62,907 nt of DNA, filler included, from Acetivibrio sp. (GCF_035371925.1; 5 parts of 5 records of this genome joined end to end with filler, not necessarily neighbours in it), one strand, 5' to 3'. Numbered from the whole stretch's first letter, positions 51,548 through 62,861 are shown. Made by a program: numbers and translations. The notes: a model not told the origin generated them from the letters alone.

Positions 51548-53329
51548 TTATAAATCCAATTTAATTTTTAGCTCCTCAAGCTGCTTCGGTTCAACCGCAT
51601 CCGGCGCATTTGACATCAGACATGATGCATTTTGCACTTTTGGGAATGCAATAACATCTCTAATGCTGCTTCTTCCCGCCATCAGCATTACCAATCTGTC
51701 AAGCCCGAATGCCATTCCGCCGTGGGGAGGCGTACCGTATTTGAAAGCTTCAAGAAGGAATCCAAACCTGTCCCATGCATCCTTTTCAGAAAAACCGAGA
51801 AGATTGAACATCTTCGTCTGAAGCTCCTGGCTGTGGATTCTGATACTTCCTCCACCGATTTCCGTACCGTTTAGCACAATGTCATAAGCCTTTGCTCTAA
51901 CCTTTAACGGGTCGGTATCCAGCAGTTCAATATCCTCATCCATCGGAGATGTGAAAGGATGATGCTTTGCAACATAGCGTTTCTCCTCTTCGTCATATTC
52001 AAGGAGAGGGAACTCGGTTACCCACAGGAATTTGAATTCATTGCTGTCCAGCAAGCCCAGCTTCCTCGCTATTTCAACTCTCAGCTGTCCTAATGAATCG
52101 AACACAACCTCATTCTTGTCGGCAACAAAGCATATAAGGTCTCCCGGCTCTGCTTTTACCCTTTCCAAAATAGCCTTGGTTTCATCTTCGCTGAGGAACT
52201 TGGTAATTGGAGATTTAAGCTCGTTCTCTCCCACAACTATCCAAGCCAGTCCTTTTGCACCGTAAGTTTTTACAAATTCGCCAAGGGCATCTATTTCCTT
52301 TCTGCTAAACTTACTGCCGCAGCCTTTCGCATTTATTGCCCTGACACTTCCTCCATTTTTGACGGCATCTGCAAACACCTTGAACCCGGAGTTTTTCACG
52401 AGGTCCGACAAGTTGACCAATTCAAATCCGAACCTTATATCCGGCTTGTCGCTTCCAAACCTCTCCATGGCTTCTTTGTACGGCATTCTTAAGAAAGGAG
52501 TCTCAAGGTCAACATTAATAGCTTCCTTAAACACCTTTTTTATAAACCCTTCATTTATAGTAAGTACATCCTCGACATTTACAAAAGACATTTCCAAGTC
52601 TATTTGGGTAAACTCGGGCTGTCTGTCAGCTCTAAGGTCCTCATCCCTGAAGCATTTTACAATTTGAATATACCTGTCAAAACCCGAAACCATTAAAAGC
52701 TGCTTAAAAAGCTGGGGTGACTGGGGCAATGCAAAGAATTTTCCTGGATGCACCCTGCTTGGTACCAAATAGTCCCTAGCTCCTTCGGGAGTGCTCTTGG
52801 TAAGCATCGGAGTCTCTATCTCAATAAAACCGTTTTCGTCATAGTAGTCTCTTGCAATTTTTGCCACCCTGTGTCTTAAAATCAGGTTCCTCTGCATATC
52901 CGGCCTTCTCAAATCAAGATACCTGTATTTAAGCCTGGTAGCTTCGTTTACATCGGAATCCTCTTCAATGTATATTGGCGGTGTCTCGGCACTGCTTAAA
53001 ATCCTCAATTCCTTTGCAATAATCTCAATTTCTCCCGTGGGAAGCTTGGGATTTATTGCCTCAGGACTTCTTTTCACCACTTCTCCCACCACAGCAAGTA
53101 CATATTCGCCTCTTACCGACTCAGCCTTTTCAAAAATCTTAGGATCTGTTGTGTTGTTAAACACCACTTGGATTATGCCGGTTCTGTCCCTTAAAGTAAC
53201 AAAAATTACTCCGCCAAGATTCCTGCTTTTGTTGCACCATCCCATTACCGTAACGGTTTTTCCGACATCGGACACATTAAGCTCAGCACACATATGAGTT
53301 CTTTTTAATCCATAAATAGATTCTCCCAT
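51548..53329 (-). CDS. aspS: Aspartate--tRNA ligase
   Basis: PEGARDY, LPQSPQ, FRDEDLRADRQPEFTQ, HHPFT, PPHGG. Confidence 0.98.
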   Translation of the reverse strand: MGESIYGLKRTHMCAELNVSDVGKTVTVMGWCNKSRNLGGVIFVTLRDRTGIIQVVFNNTTDPKIFEKAESVRGEYVLAVVGEVVKRSPEAINPKLPTGEIEIIAKELRILSSAETPPIYIEEDSDVNEATRLKYRYLDLRRPDMQRNLILRHRVAKIARDYYDENGFIEIETPMLTKSTPEGARDYLVPSRVHPGKFFALPQSPQLFKQLLMVSGFDRYIQIVKCFRDEDLRADRQPEFTQIDLEMSFVNVEDVLTINEGFIKKVFKEAINVDLETPFLRMPYKEAMERFGSDKPDIRFGFELVNLSDLVKNSGFKVFADAVKNGGSVRAINAKGCGSKFSRKEIDALGEFVKTYGAKGLAWIVVGENELKSPITKFLSEDETKAILERVKAEPGDLICFVADKNEVVFDSLGQLRVEIARKLGLLDSNEFKFLWVTEFPLLEYDEEEKRYVAKHHPFTSPMDEDIELLDTDPLKVRAKAYDIVLNGTEIGGGSIRIHSQELQTKMFNLLGFSEKDAWDRFGFLLEAFKYGTPPHGGMAFGLDRLVMLMAGRSSIRDVIAFPKVQNASCLMSNAPDAVEPKQLEELKIKLDL

Positions 53330-53363
53330 ATATTTATACCCTCCATTTAAAAAATTGCTTTCG

Positions 53364-54623
53364 TTATAAATACATTTTCAGCCTTGTTATCAAAGTATCA
53401 AGACTTATTTCCTTTTGGTCTCCCGTCTCCATATTCTTAAGTACTGCCTTGCCCGAGTCAATTTCATCATCTCCAAGAACAATACTGTACTTTGCCCCCA
53501 GTTTGTCAGCATACTTCATCTGCGCTTTTAAACTTCTTTCCATCAAATCCTTCTGTGCGCTAAATCCTTCTTTTCTAAGCTCATAAACCATTTTCTCCGC
53601 ATAGCTGTTGGCCTTGTCACCTAATGCTGCAATAAAAATATCCAAGCCCTTCGGCTCCGGGAACTTAATGCCCTGATTTTCCATAACCATCAAAAGCCTC
53701 TCCAGTCCTATTGCAAAACCTATTCCCGGTGTAGGTTTTCCGCCGCATGCTTCAATTAATCCGTCATACCTTCCGCCGCCGCATACCGTACCCTGGGCGC
53801 CGATATTGCCCGAAACAAATTCAAATACGGTTTTGGTGTAATAATCAAGTCCTCTTACTATGTTTTTATCAACAGTATAATCAATGCCAAGATTTTCAAG
53901 CCCTGCCTTGAGCCCTTCAAAATGGTTTTTACATTCTTCGCACAGATTATCTATAAGTGCCGGTGCGTCGGCAGTAATCTTTTTGCAAGCTTCCTCTTTG
54001 CAGTCAATAATTCTAAGAGGATTTCTTTCAAACCTTGTATTGCAAGTACTGCATAGTTTATCAAGGTTGGGCCTTAGATAATCCTTAAGTTTTTTATTGT
54101 ATTCTGCCCTGCAGACAGGACAACCTATGCTGTTTATATTTAGGCTGACCTGGTTTATGCCAAGGCGGTCAAAGAATAACCTCAGCATGCTTATTATCTC
54201 AACATCTATTGAAGGCCCCGCAGCTCCAAAAGCCTCAACTCCAAACTGGTGAAACTCTCTGTAACGGCCTTTTTGCACATTTTCATACCTGTAAGCCGTA
54301 ATGTTGTAATACAGCTTTACAGGCTGGGGAAGGGACGCCATGCCATTTTCAATATAGCTCCTTACAACACCTGCAGTTCCTTCAGGTCTTAATGTAATAC
54401 TTCTCTGCCCCTTGTCCAAAAAAGTATACATTTCTTTTTGAACAATATCTGTAGTATCCCCAACTCCCCGTTGGAATAATTCTGTATGTTCAAATACGGG
54501 AATACGAATTTCCTTATAGCCAAAGTCATCACACAGCTTTGCTATTTCCTTTTCTATATACTGCCACTTGTGAATCTCAGACGGTAAAATGTCCTTTGTT
54601 CCTTTAGGTGCTTGTGTTAACAT
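53364..54623 (-). CDS. hisS: Histidine--tRNA ligase
   Basis: LRPEGTA, REFHQFG, RGLDYY, GGGRYD. Confidence 0.98.
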   Translation of the reverse strand: MLTQAPKGTKDILPSEIHKWQYIEKEIAKLCDDFGYKEIRIPVFEHTELFQRGVGDTTDIVQKEMYTFLDKGQRSITLRPEGTAGVVRSYIENGMASLPQPVKLYYNITAYRYENVQKGRYREFHQFGVEAFGAAGPSIDVEIISMLRLFFDRLGINQVSLNINSIGCPVCRAEYNKKLKDYLRPNLDKLCSTCNTRFERNPLRIIDCKEEACKKITADAPALIDNLCEECKNHFEGLKAGLENLGIDYTVDKNIVRGLDYYTKTVFEFVSGNIGAQGTVCGGGRYDGLIEACGGKPTPGIGFAIGLERLLMVMENQGIKFPEPKGLDIFIAALGDKANSYAEKMVYELRKEGFSAQKDLMERSLKAQMKYADKLGAKYSIVLGDDEIDSGKAVLKNMETGDQKEISLDTLITRLKMYL

Positions 54624-54667
54624 CATAAACCTCCAATTTTCCATGTTTTATACAAATTAATATTAAT

Positions 54668-54915
54668 AAAGCCCCCCGTCTGACAAATGCCAGGGACGAG
54701 AGGCTGTTTTCCCGCGGTGCCACCCTCATAGGCAATAGTATAATTGCCCACTTTTTATTCTTTAACGCAAGAACCTGCGGACAGGCCTAATCGTGTGCAA
54801 ACTTTCAACCCGCCAGCTCCAGGGTGTCCTTTCACCAACCTTTTTCCTGAGAGTGCTTCCAGTCACGACACCCTCTCCCTGAAGGAAGTATTGGCTACTT
54901 TTCCCATTCATAGCT
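54668..54915 (-). ncRNA. T-box riboswitch (His specifier)
   Basis: AGGGTGGCACCGCG at 54713-54726, CAC specifier at 54824-54826, terminator hairpin before hisS. Confidence 0.9.
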
Positions 54916-55196
54916 ATTAAAAGTATTTTATAACAATACTGTCACTATTTATGATTACTTAATTTACAATTATTATTTAATTTTAATTGTCAAAAGCTCA
55001 ATTGTCAATAGCCAAATAATATTTAACAATATAAATCAATAGTTGCCAAATTACCCAAACAACTGATAAAATAATATTATACGTATGTAGAATTTTAATA
55101 AATAATGTAAAATATCTTTAACAATCTTCAATAAAAAGTAAAATTTAAGACTAACCATCACAACAATTTAGTATAAACGAGGGGGATATAAATTCT

Positions 55197-56768
55197 ATGG
55201 TCAATGATTACCTGAAGAAATTTGAATTCAATTATGAAAGCAGCGCCACAGGAAGCTTTCTTGTTGTTAGCGCAGATGCCGGTGAAAATGTGCTTTTATA
55301 CCAGGTTGAAATGCTTGCCAACAATCCAAACAAAAATATCTTACCCTTGGACATAAGGCAAAAAGATTCAAAGCTCAATTTCTACTATAATATAACGTCC
55401 AAGCTGGCTTTATCACAGTATCTTAAGCGCAACAAGCTGAAAAGGGATGATTTTATAAACATTTTTAGGGATATAACAAAAACAATATTAAGCTCCAAAG
55501 ACTATTTACTGTCGGACAAATCATATATTTTGAACGAAGATTATATTTACATAAATCCCAACACCATGGAAGTATCTATGGTCTATCTGCCGCTGAATAT
55601 AGAACACAATGTAAATGAACAGTTAAAAAATTTTGCCATAAATTTTATAATGTTCAGTGCAAATATAAATGAAACCAACAGCGACAATTTCCTTCAAAGG
55701 ATTCTGAATCTTTTGAAATCGGATACCTTTAATATCTTGGAATTTAATAAATTATTAAACGATTTGAAGTCTGAGTCGGATATACCTAAGCCAGCTGTGC
55801 AAAAAGCAGCCGTACAAGAACAGAATGTACCTGTGCAAGCCGAATCAATGGCGCCTCAGCCAAAGCCGAGTGCACCAAGGCAAAACATTCCCAAATCCCC
55901 TGTGCCAAAACCGGATGTGCCAAAATCGGAAATACCAAAGCCCGGTGTTCCGAAGGCCGCACCACAGGCGCCTGTTTCCGCAAGGCCTGCAAAACCTGTA
56001 CATACAGTAAATACTGCGGAAAAAACCGTAGTCAAAATGAAGTATAAAACCAGCGTTTTAATAATCGGTGCTATATTGCAGTTAGTTTTGGTTGTTGGCT
56101 CCATTGCGCTTTTAGCATCCGGAGCGATGGATTCTTTGGGAAACGAGCCTGTCGTCAACATACTGGGTATCGGTATTTTGGCAGGAGCAATAACCTATGC
56201 TATCTGGAAAACGGTTTTAAATGAAAAGAATAAAGTTGAAGTAGTCTCAAAAGTAGCGGAAAAGCCTGCTCCACGGCCTCAAATAAACATGGAAAAAAGG
56301 AATTTTACAACTGTTCCAAATATTCAAAGCACTAATCAATCAAGCAAGACATCCTCACAGCCGGAATTTAGTTTCAACAATACATCGGGCACTGCCAACC
56401 CTTTAAATGAAACAACGGTGATTTTTCCACCCTCTATAGAGGAAACTGTTTATCTTGGTACCTCAAATTCATACCCTTACCTGCAAGGAACAGCAAACGG
56501 AGTAACTGAGCAAATAATAATCAACAAACCCAGCTTTATAATAGGAAGGCTGAAAAGCCAGGTAGACTATATAAGTCAAAATAATGCAGTAGGAAAGGTA
56601 CATGCTGAAATAATATCAAGAAACGGACTATACTTTGTTAAAGATTTGAATTCCAGAAACGGCACATTTGTCAATGGTGTGAGGCTTGCTGCAAACACAG
56701 AGTACGAAATAAAAAACAATGACAAAATTACTTTTGCCAACAGTGAATATGTTTTTATTATTCCGTAA
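55197..56768 (+). CDS. DUF6382-like N-terminus, Pro-rich linker, 2 TM helices and C-terminal FHA domain protein
   Basis: LLYQVEML..N, PKP repeats, FHA motifs IGRLK, VGKVHAEI and DLNSRNGTFVNG. Confidence 0.8.
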   Translation: MVNDYLKKFEFNYESSATGSFLVVSADAGENVLLYQVEMLANNPNKNILPLDIRQKDSKLNFYYNITSKLALSQYLKRNKLKRDDFINIFRDITKTILSSKDYLLSDKSYILNEDYIYINPNTMEVSMVYLPLNIEHNVNEQLKNFAINFIMFSANINETNSDNFLQRILNLLKSDTFNILEFNKLLNDLKSESDIPKPAVQKAAVQEQNVPVQAESMAPQPKPSAPRQNIPKSPVPKPDVPKSEIPKPGVPKAAPQAPVSARPAKPVHTVNTAEKTVVKMKYKTSVLIIGAILQLVLVVGSIALLASGAMDSLGNEPVVNILGIGILAGAITYAIWKTVLNEKNKVEVVSKVAEKPAPRPQINMEKRNFTTVPNIQSTNQSSKTSSQPEFSFNNTSGTANPLNETTVIFPPSIEETVYLGTSNSYPYLQGTANGVTEQIIINKPSFIIGRLKSQVDYISQNNAVGKVHAEIISRNGLYFVKDLNSRNGTFVNGVRLAANTEYEIKNNDKITFANSEYVFIIP

Positions 56769-56797
56769 AAAAGAAATTATATCGGTTATGGGAGGAG

Positions 56798-57433
56798 TTA
56801 CAAAAGCAAAAGGTAAATCAAAAAGCCCAAAGTTAAGAAGGGTATAAAAGGTATCCTCGATTTTGAATTTGCCTTTTTTGATACAAGAAGAGCTATTCCC
56901 GTAATGCCGCTCAATACAAAAGAATAAAACAGGGTGGATAATATGCCCGCAAGTCCGGTATAAAGACCGGATACTGCAATAAGCTTTGTATCGCCCATTC
57001 CAACTCCTCCTTTTGTGGCAAAGGTAATAAGCGACATAATTAGACCAATTGCAATAAAAAGAATTATTGATTGAATAATTTTTCCGGAATCAACATCCAA
57101 AGCTGCCGTAGCCAATCCCAAAACTATTCCGGCAACAACCAGCTTATTGGATATAAGTCTTTGATTATAGTCCTTCAAAGAGGAGGAAGCAAGTAATATA
57201 TATAAAATAGTGTATCGAATCACCTCAAGTTTTGTCTGCGATTTATGATAGACAAGCAGAAAAGCAAGAGGTGTCAACACCGTTATGGCTATATATGGAG
57301 GCTTTTTGTACAAATAGCTAAAAATCCACTTTAATCTTCCGGTGTCCATACACTTTTCATAATCTGTGGCAAGATTGATTACAACCGCTGAGAAAATCCC
57401 TAAGAAAATCAATAAAATATATATCATTCGCAC
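56798..57433 (-). CDS. tadV: A24 prepilin peptidase (TadV/CpaA)
   Basis: KDYNQRLISN and GMGDTKL aspartates, IPFIPFL. Confidence 0.85.
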   Translation of the reverse strand: MRMIYILLIFLGIFSAVVINLATDYEKCMDTGRLKWIFSYLYKKPPYIAITVLTPLAFLLVYHKSQTKLEVIRYTILYILLASSSLKDYNQRLISNKLVVAGIVLGLATAALDVDSGKIIQSIILFIAIGLIMSLITFATKGGVGMGDTKLIAVSGLYTGLAGILSTLFYSFVLSGITGIALLVSKKANSKSRIPFIPFLTLGFLIYLLLL

Positions 57434-57473
57434 ATTTCCCCGTCGTTATAGCTTTATTTTTACTATCCTCATT

Positions 57474-58175
57474 TTACTTTTCATTGTTTAAGAAATCTTT
57501 AATCTTTAAGAAAATATTGGAGAAACCTTCTCTAACATTTTTTACGATTTCGCCGCCTTTGCCTTCAAACATTTTGTTGTCCACTTCCCTGACAACATCA
57601 ACAGCAAAATCTGTAGTTCTGATAAATTCAACCGGTTCGTTTATTATAGCATCCGAATGGGCTTTTATTGTTATAGTATTATTTATTCCGAAAACTCTTA
57701 AGAGCGACAAAAACGGATTTTTATATTTGGCTTTTACACTAACCCTCAGCTTTTTATATACTATATAATCTTCCACTATACCCGAAGTTATTTCCATTTC
57801 GAGGGGCTTACCAAAGATAATTGATTCTTTCAACAAATACCCTGCATAGCTTTCAATTTTTTCTTCCTTCTTGCTTTTACTGCTTTTCGACTCCCATATT
57901 CTCCAATACAGATCTAAGTCATCCATATTATCCAATACAATCTGCCCAAAAATCATGTCCTTGGATGGAGAGTTCCAGATTTCAGCTCCACGTTGCGCCG
58001 TCCTGTCCGCAATAGTTTGGATGCATGATTTTTGATATAGAAATTCGCTAACCAAAATAAGTGCAAACATGGTTAGAATAACAGTAGAAACAATTATAGT
58101 CGCTTCTACTGTAAAGCTCCCTGTATTATCCTTGAAAAGCCCTTTGTAGTTTTTCCAACTCTTCTTACTTCCCAT
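57474..58175 (-). CDS. tadE: TadE-like pseudopilin
   Basis: GSFTVEATII pilin-like motif. Confidence 0.8.
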   Translation of the reverse strand: MGSKKSWKNYKGLFKDNTGSFTVEATIIVSTVILTMFALILVSEFLYQKSCIQTIADRTAQRGAEIWNSPSKDMIFGQIVLDNMDDLDLYWRIWESKSSKSKKEEKIESYAGYLLKESIIFGKPLEMEITSGIVEDYIVYKKLRVSVKAKYKNPFLSLLRVFGINNTITIKAHSDAIINEPVEFIRTTDFAVDVVREVDNKMFEGKGGEIVKNVREGFSNIFLKIKDFLNNEK

Positions 58176-58225
58176 ATAACTTGCCCTCTTGTTCGATGAT
58201 ATAATACTAAATCAAAAAAAGAGTC

Positions 58226-58253
58226 TATTAGGGCATAAGCCCATGCCCTAATA
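58226..58253 (-). terminator. Strong hairpin after flp
   Basis: TATTAGGGCAT/ATGCCCTAATA 11-bp stem with a T7 tract shortly after. Confidence 0.65.
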
Positions 58254-58275
58254 CAATCAAAAACTGATACACAAA

Positions 58276-58506
58276 TTATGTAGGACTAGGAGCCGGCGAA
58301 GATGACCCTGGCAGTCCATGCGTAGCTTCATCTCCTACTGGGCTACCAAATATCTTTTCTACCAAGCCACTAACAAAGTCATATATTGCCCTCCTGAAGA
58401 TAAGGGCAATTGCTACCAAAACAGCAACAATTATAACTATTTCAACTGTGCCCAAACCATCTTCTTCTTTAATAAAGCTCTTTAAAAGCTTCAGCATTTG
58501 CTTCAC
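58276..58506 (-). CDS. flp: Flp1-like type IVc pilin
   Basis: EEDG|LGTVEIVIIVAVLVAIALIF. Confidence 0.88.
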   Translation of the reverse strand: MKQMLKLLKSFIKEEDGLGTVEIVIIVAVLVAIALIFRRAIYDFVSGLVEKIFGSPVGDEATHGLPGSSSPAPSPT

Positions 58507-58554
58507 CTCCTTTCACAAGTAAATCTCAGCTACCGAAATTTTATTCTCCCTAGA

Positions 58555-59424
58555 TTACATGCCACCAGTCAGCGTCAAAATCGCCGGAGTGGCAACAATT
58601 AAAATCACCGCAATAAACATAAGCATCATAGGGAACAGCATCTTTGAAGAAGCTTCCTCCCCAAGTCTTTTGGCTGCGTGCTTTCTCATTTCCCAACATT
58701 CTGTGGCCTGAAGCCTCAAAATAGATATCATCTCCGCATTACCTTTGTTAAAATTCTGCAAAAGAACCGATACAAATTTGGTTATCTCCGGAATCCTGCA
58801 CCTGTTGGCAAAATCCTCAAATGCACTTGTCTCCGATTTGCCGCCCCGGATATCTGCCAAAACCACCCTCAGCTCCTGATACAAAACAGTATCCTTGTCA
58901 TTATCGGTTACGGATTTCTCCCAAGCTCTGGAAACTGTCATTCCTGCGTTTACAAGCAAAATAAGCTTGTTTAAAAAATCGGGAAAGTCAATCTGTATGC
59001 TAAGTCTCCTTCTATTAACCTTCTCGGTAAGCTCCCTGTCCATAAAAAAGGGAATAGCTGCCACTACCAAAATTCCAAACACTACAGTTGCCACATCCTG
59101 CGTTGCGGCAGAGAGCAATGAGAATAAAAGCAGAATTAAAATCATAAGAACAATCTTGTTGGCATGATGAATTTGCAAATAATACATTGAATACTTCATG
59201 CCCTTTAATTCTGCAACTTTCGACTGGAGCCTCCTGTCATACTTTGAAGTATACTTGTATTTTATTATATCGAGAATAAAGAGCCCCACAGGAATAAAGC
59301 TCCTTAATTTGTACTCCTTCTTGTCCAATGGCTCAATATAATCGCCATACTTGCTTCTCGACAAGAGAAACAACAGGCTGAAAACCACCAGAATTACAGT
59401 GAAAACTATAACACCTGCAATCAT
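58555..59424 (-). CDS. tadC: TadC (T2SS F family)
   Basis: DFPDFLNKL..L.NAG, GEEASSKMLFPM. Confidence 0.88.
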   Translation of the reverse strand: MIAGVIVFTVILVVFSLLFLLSRSKYGDYIEPLDKKEYKLRSFIPVGLFILDIIKYKYTSKYDRRLQSKVAELKGMKYSMYYLQIHHANKIVLMILILLLFSLLSAATQDVATVVFGILVVAAIPFFMDRELTEKVNRRRLSIQIDFPDFLNKLILLVNAGMTVSRAWEKSVTDNDKDTVLYQELRVVLADIRGGKSETSAFEDFANRCRIPEITKFVSVLLQNFNKGNAEMISILRLQATECWEMRKHAAKRLGEEASSKMLFPMMLMFIAVILIVATPAILTLTGGM

Positions 59425-59437
59425 ATGCCCTCCCCAA

Positions 59438-60244
59438 TCAAACCTTTATATCCATAATTTTTTTTGATATAAAATATCCTGCAGCTATTATAAGAATTGA
59501 GAATGTCATAACTATTCTGCCGATAACTGTAGTAAACACAGGAATCATATAGTCTTCCGTAGTTAAAGACAGAATAAGTATCATAACAAGAGGCATAACA
59601 GATAAAATCTTCTGTTCAAACTTCTTTGCCGCCAGCAAAGTGTTTATCTCCTCTTTTATCTCAATCTTATCGTTGATAATGTTGGTTGAGTTCCTTATCA
59701 CATTTACCAAATTACCGCCTGTTCTTTTGCAGGTCTTGAAAACATCAGTAAAGTTCTGTATGTCTTCGAGATGCGACCTTCTTGCCAAGTCTTCCAAAGC
59801 GTCTTCAACAGTTTCATTCATTTCGATTTTCCTTATTATGTACTCCACTTCACGAATAATATATGTATCCGGGTCCGGGTATAAAATACTCAAATCGTTA
59901 AGCGCATCCTTAAAAGACATCTCCACCGATTTACCCGCAGTGAGGGAAGATGAAAGCGAATAAAGAAGGTCCTTAAACTGCAGATTAAGCTCATTCTTTC
60001 TCTTCTCAATAATGTCCTTAGTTCTTCTCTTCGGATATAAAAACGCAAACGGCGTTAGGAACAATGCCAAAAGTACACTGTGGTAAAAAATATACCCAAT
60101 TGCAAACAAAGCCAACGCTGCAAGCAAAAAATATAAAAATTTCTCTTTAAAACTCATAACATATACGCCGTAATCAACTAAACCGCTGTAATTTTGCTGG
60201 GCTGCCACATCTTTCAATTCATTATTTTTCAAATCCAGTTCCAT
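59438..60244 (-). CDS. tadB: TadB (T2SS F family)
   Basis: QFKDLL...SL.AGKS, TGGNLV, AKKFEQKIL. Confidence 0.88.
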   Translation of the reverse strand: MELDLKNNELKDVAAQQNYSGLVDYGVYVMSFKEKFLYFLLAALALFAIGYIFYHSVLLALFLTPFAFLYPKRRTKDIIEKRKNELNLQFKDLLYSLSSSLTAGKSVEMSFKDALNDLSILYPDPDTYIIREVEYIIRKIEMNETVEDALEDLARRSHLEDIQNFTDVFKTCKRTGGNLVNVIRNSTNIINDKIEIKEEINTLLAAKKFEQKILSVMPLVMILILSLTTEDYMIPVFTTVIGRIVMTFSILIIAAGYFISKKIMDIKV

Positions 60245-60270
60245 TCATGCCCACCTCCTTGTAACTTGAT

Positions 60271-61515
60271 TTAAAAGTCGTCGGATATTCCCGCCATTTT
60301 GAATTTAAAATTGTTAACCAATTTATTTTTTGTCCTTCTCAAAGACCCGATTATCTGTCTTTCCGGAGTTTCTCCCTCTTCGACAAACTCATAAAGCGGA
60401 TTTAACACAATTTCCCCGTCCTTGTATTCCACAACCTCTGTAATCTCAAGGGTTCTTCTCGATTTATCCCTGAGCCTTCCCAAATGAATAATTATGTCCA
60501 GTGCAGAAGCTATCTGCTGCCGTATAGCCTCTAAAGGCATTTCAGCACCGCTTAGCACCATGGTTTCAAGCCTTGAGAGCATATCTCTGGTGGAATTTGC
60601 GTGTCCGGTGGAAAGGGAACCGTCATGTCCGGTATTCATGGCCTGAAGCATGTCCAATGCCTCTTTTCCGCGCACCTCGCCCACAATAATTCTTTCCGGG
60701 CGCATACGAAGGGAAGTTTTTATAAGATCCCTAATTGAAATCTCTCCCTTTCCCTCGGTATTGGCATTTCTTGTTTCCAGCCTGACAATATTCTCTATCC
60801 CTATAATCTGAAGCTCCGCCGAGTCTTCTATTGTGATGATTCTCTCATCCTTGGGAATAAAATTGCTAAGAGCATTCAAAAATGTGGTTTTTCCCGAGCC
60901 CGTACCTCCGCATATAAATATGTTGTATTTTGCCTTGACCATCCTCTCCAGCACACCGGCAACTTCCTCGGTAATCGAACCGAATTTTATAAGCTGCTCT
61001 ATCGTCATGGGTTTTTCCGAAAACTTTCTTATGGTAACCACAGGCCCATTTAAAGCTATCGGCGGCAAAACCACGTTTACACGGGAACCGTCGGAAAGCC
61101 TCGCATCAACTATAGGTGATGCCTCATTTACCGCCCTGTTGACCCTTGACACAATTGTCTGGATTACGTCCTCCAACTTCCGGCGATTCTCAAATTTAAC
61201 GTCCAGCTTCGAAACTCTTCCGTTCCTTTCGATAAATATTGAATCGGGACCGTTTATCATTATTTCAGTAATGCTTTTGTCATCAATAAGGGGTTGGAGA
61301 ACATCCAGCCTTCTCATGGAATTGAAAATTGCATCGGCAATTTCCTTCTTCTCCCCAACACTGAGGTAATAATCCCTGGACGTTTCAAAAACAACATTTG
61401 TAATAACATCCTTTATCTCTTCATCCGAAAAGTCTTTTCTCAAATCCAGGTTATCGCTTATATGCTTTCGTATCCGGGCAACAAACTTTTCCTTTTCCTC
61501 CATTTCCATCAGCAA
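60271..61515 (-). CDS. tadA: CpaF/TadA pilus ATPase
   Basis: GGTGSGKTT, IEDSAEL, LRMRPERIIVGEVRG, NTGHDGS. Confidence 0.95.
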   Translation of the reverse strand: MLMEMEEKEKFVARIRKHISDNLDLRKDFSDEEIKDVITNVVFETSRDYYLSVGEKKEIADAIFNSMRRLDVLQPLIDDKSITEIMINGPDSIFIERNGRVSKLDVKFENRRKLEDVIQTIVSRVNRAVNEASPIVDARLSDGSRVNVVLPPIALNGPVVTIRKFSEKPMTIEQLIKFGSITEEVAGVLERMVKAKYNIFICGGTGSGKTTFLNALSNFIPKDERIITIEDSAELQIIGIENIVRLETRNANTEGKGEISIRDLIKTSLRMRPERIIVGEVRGKEALDMLQAMNTGHDGSLSTGHANSTRDMLSRLETMVLSGAEMPLEAIRQQIASALDIIIHLGRLRDKSRRTLEITEVVEYKDGEIVLNPLYEFVEEGETPERQIIGSLRRTKNKLVNNFKFKMAGISDDF

Positions 61516-62636
61516 TCACCCGTACTTCCTTGTAATATGTTAATTATCTGGCTTACAGCATGTCCAAAGGGATTTGAATCTCCTGTCAAATACTCTATTC
61601 CATAGCTTGCATCCAGTCCTTTTATGTAAGGTATCACGAGGGAAACAGGCTTTCCGTTGAAAGCAAGATTTTCAATATCGGAAAGTCCCGAATTCAAGCA
61701 TTTATTCAGTATAAGCTCTATTCTGTCCGTAAAGTCCAAACCTTTTCTTTTGCCGAGAATCTCAAAGGCTTTCCGGAGTGTTTCCAGCTTAATTTTCGAC
61801 GTAGTGTCACAGGGCAAAACGCAGAGCACCTTGTCGCTGCTCTCCATCAGCGATAGGCATTCCTCACTCAATTCCGAACCTATATCGGCTACAATCACAT
61901 CATAGCTTTCCATTGCCTTAAGCTGCCCCACAAGCCTCTTAATCTCATCGGATGTCAACTCATCTATGTCAAAGACATTCTCAGGAGGCAGAAAATAATG
62001 TACACCTGTTGCAGTGTCTATTGACCTGCTTCCTTCTATTTTTAGGGCAAGGTTTTTATTGTTCTCCTTGAGAAAAAACAAAATATTCGAAAGACTCTCT
62101 CCACTGCCATGGGCATTAAAATATGCAGTTGTAGTAGGAAATCTTTCAAAATTGAGATAAAAAGTATTCCATCCGTTCTGTGCACATTTTGCACTCACGC
62201 CCGCAGCCAAAGTTGACGTACCTGCACCGCCGCATGGGGAATAAAAGGTAATAAGGCGGGTTTTCTTTTTACCGTCGCCTGCGATAAACTCGCAATTACT
62301 TTTCTCCGAAAAAATGCTTAATATGTTGCTGACAAGCTTGTCGCCCATCTGGTATTTACTGATTATCTCACAGTCTTTTATATCTTTTGTGAGAATCCCA
62401 CCCGATAACACGATGGGTGCAACCACCTTCCCCAAATCAAGCCCGTCACTGTAAAAGTCGGGGCTCATGAGAAGTATGTCAATTTTAGCTGTTTTATTGA
62501 AAAAATCATTAAAGGTATCCTCATAGGAAAAAGCCTGGACATAAAACCTGTTATTGTATTTTGAATAAATGAAGTCAACCACACTATCAAGATAAGCCCT
62601 ATCTTTGTCAGCAATTACAAGATGAATTACCGCCAT
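61509..62636 (-). CDS. TadZ/CpaE-like receiver-ParA/MinD protein
   Basis: Pseudo-receiver N-terminus, deviant Walker A SPCGGAGTS; first gene of the tad operon. Confidence 0.75.
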   Translation of the reverse strand: MAVIHLVIADKDRAYLDSVVDFIYSKYNNRFYVQAFSYEDTFNDFFNKTAKIDILLMSPDFYSDGLDLGKVVAPIVLSGGILTKDIKDCEIISKYQMGDKLVSNILSIFSEKSNCEFIAGDGKKKTRLITFYSPCGGAGTSTLAAGVSAKCAQNGWNTFYLNFERFPTTTAYFNAHGSGESLSNILFFLKENNKNLALKIEGSRSIDTATGVHYFLPPENVFDIDELTSDEIKRLVGQLKAMESYDVIVADIGSELSEECLSLMESSDKVLCVLPCDTTSKIKLETLRKAFEILGKRKGLDFTDRIELILNKCLNSGLSDIENLAFNGKPVSLVIPYIKGLDASYGIEYLTGDSNPFGHAVSQIINILQGSTGDC

Positions 62637-62861
62637 CGATTTACCCCCATTTTATTACTTGTTAATAACCAACGCGCTCCGCCGCAATACAAAGTTTAAC
62701 TCATTTTGCATTCCATATTTTGAATTCTGCATTTCAAACATATTGTATTCATACATTAGTAGAAGCTTATATATAAATTAAGGCAAAAAATATCAAGATA
62801 GGATATATTATAATATAAAATATTACAAAATCCAATATATTTCAATATTTTTTTTGTTAAA

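Noticed and set aside
55860..55990. PKP/VPK quasi-repeats as a DNA repeat element
   Set aside because: This is a low-complexity Pro-rich linker within the FHA protein.
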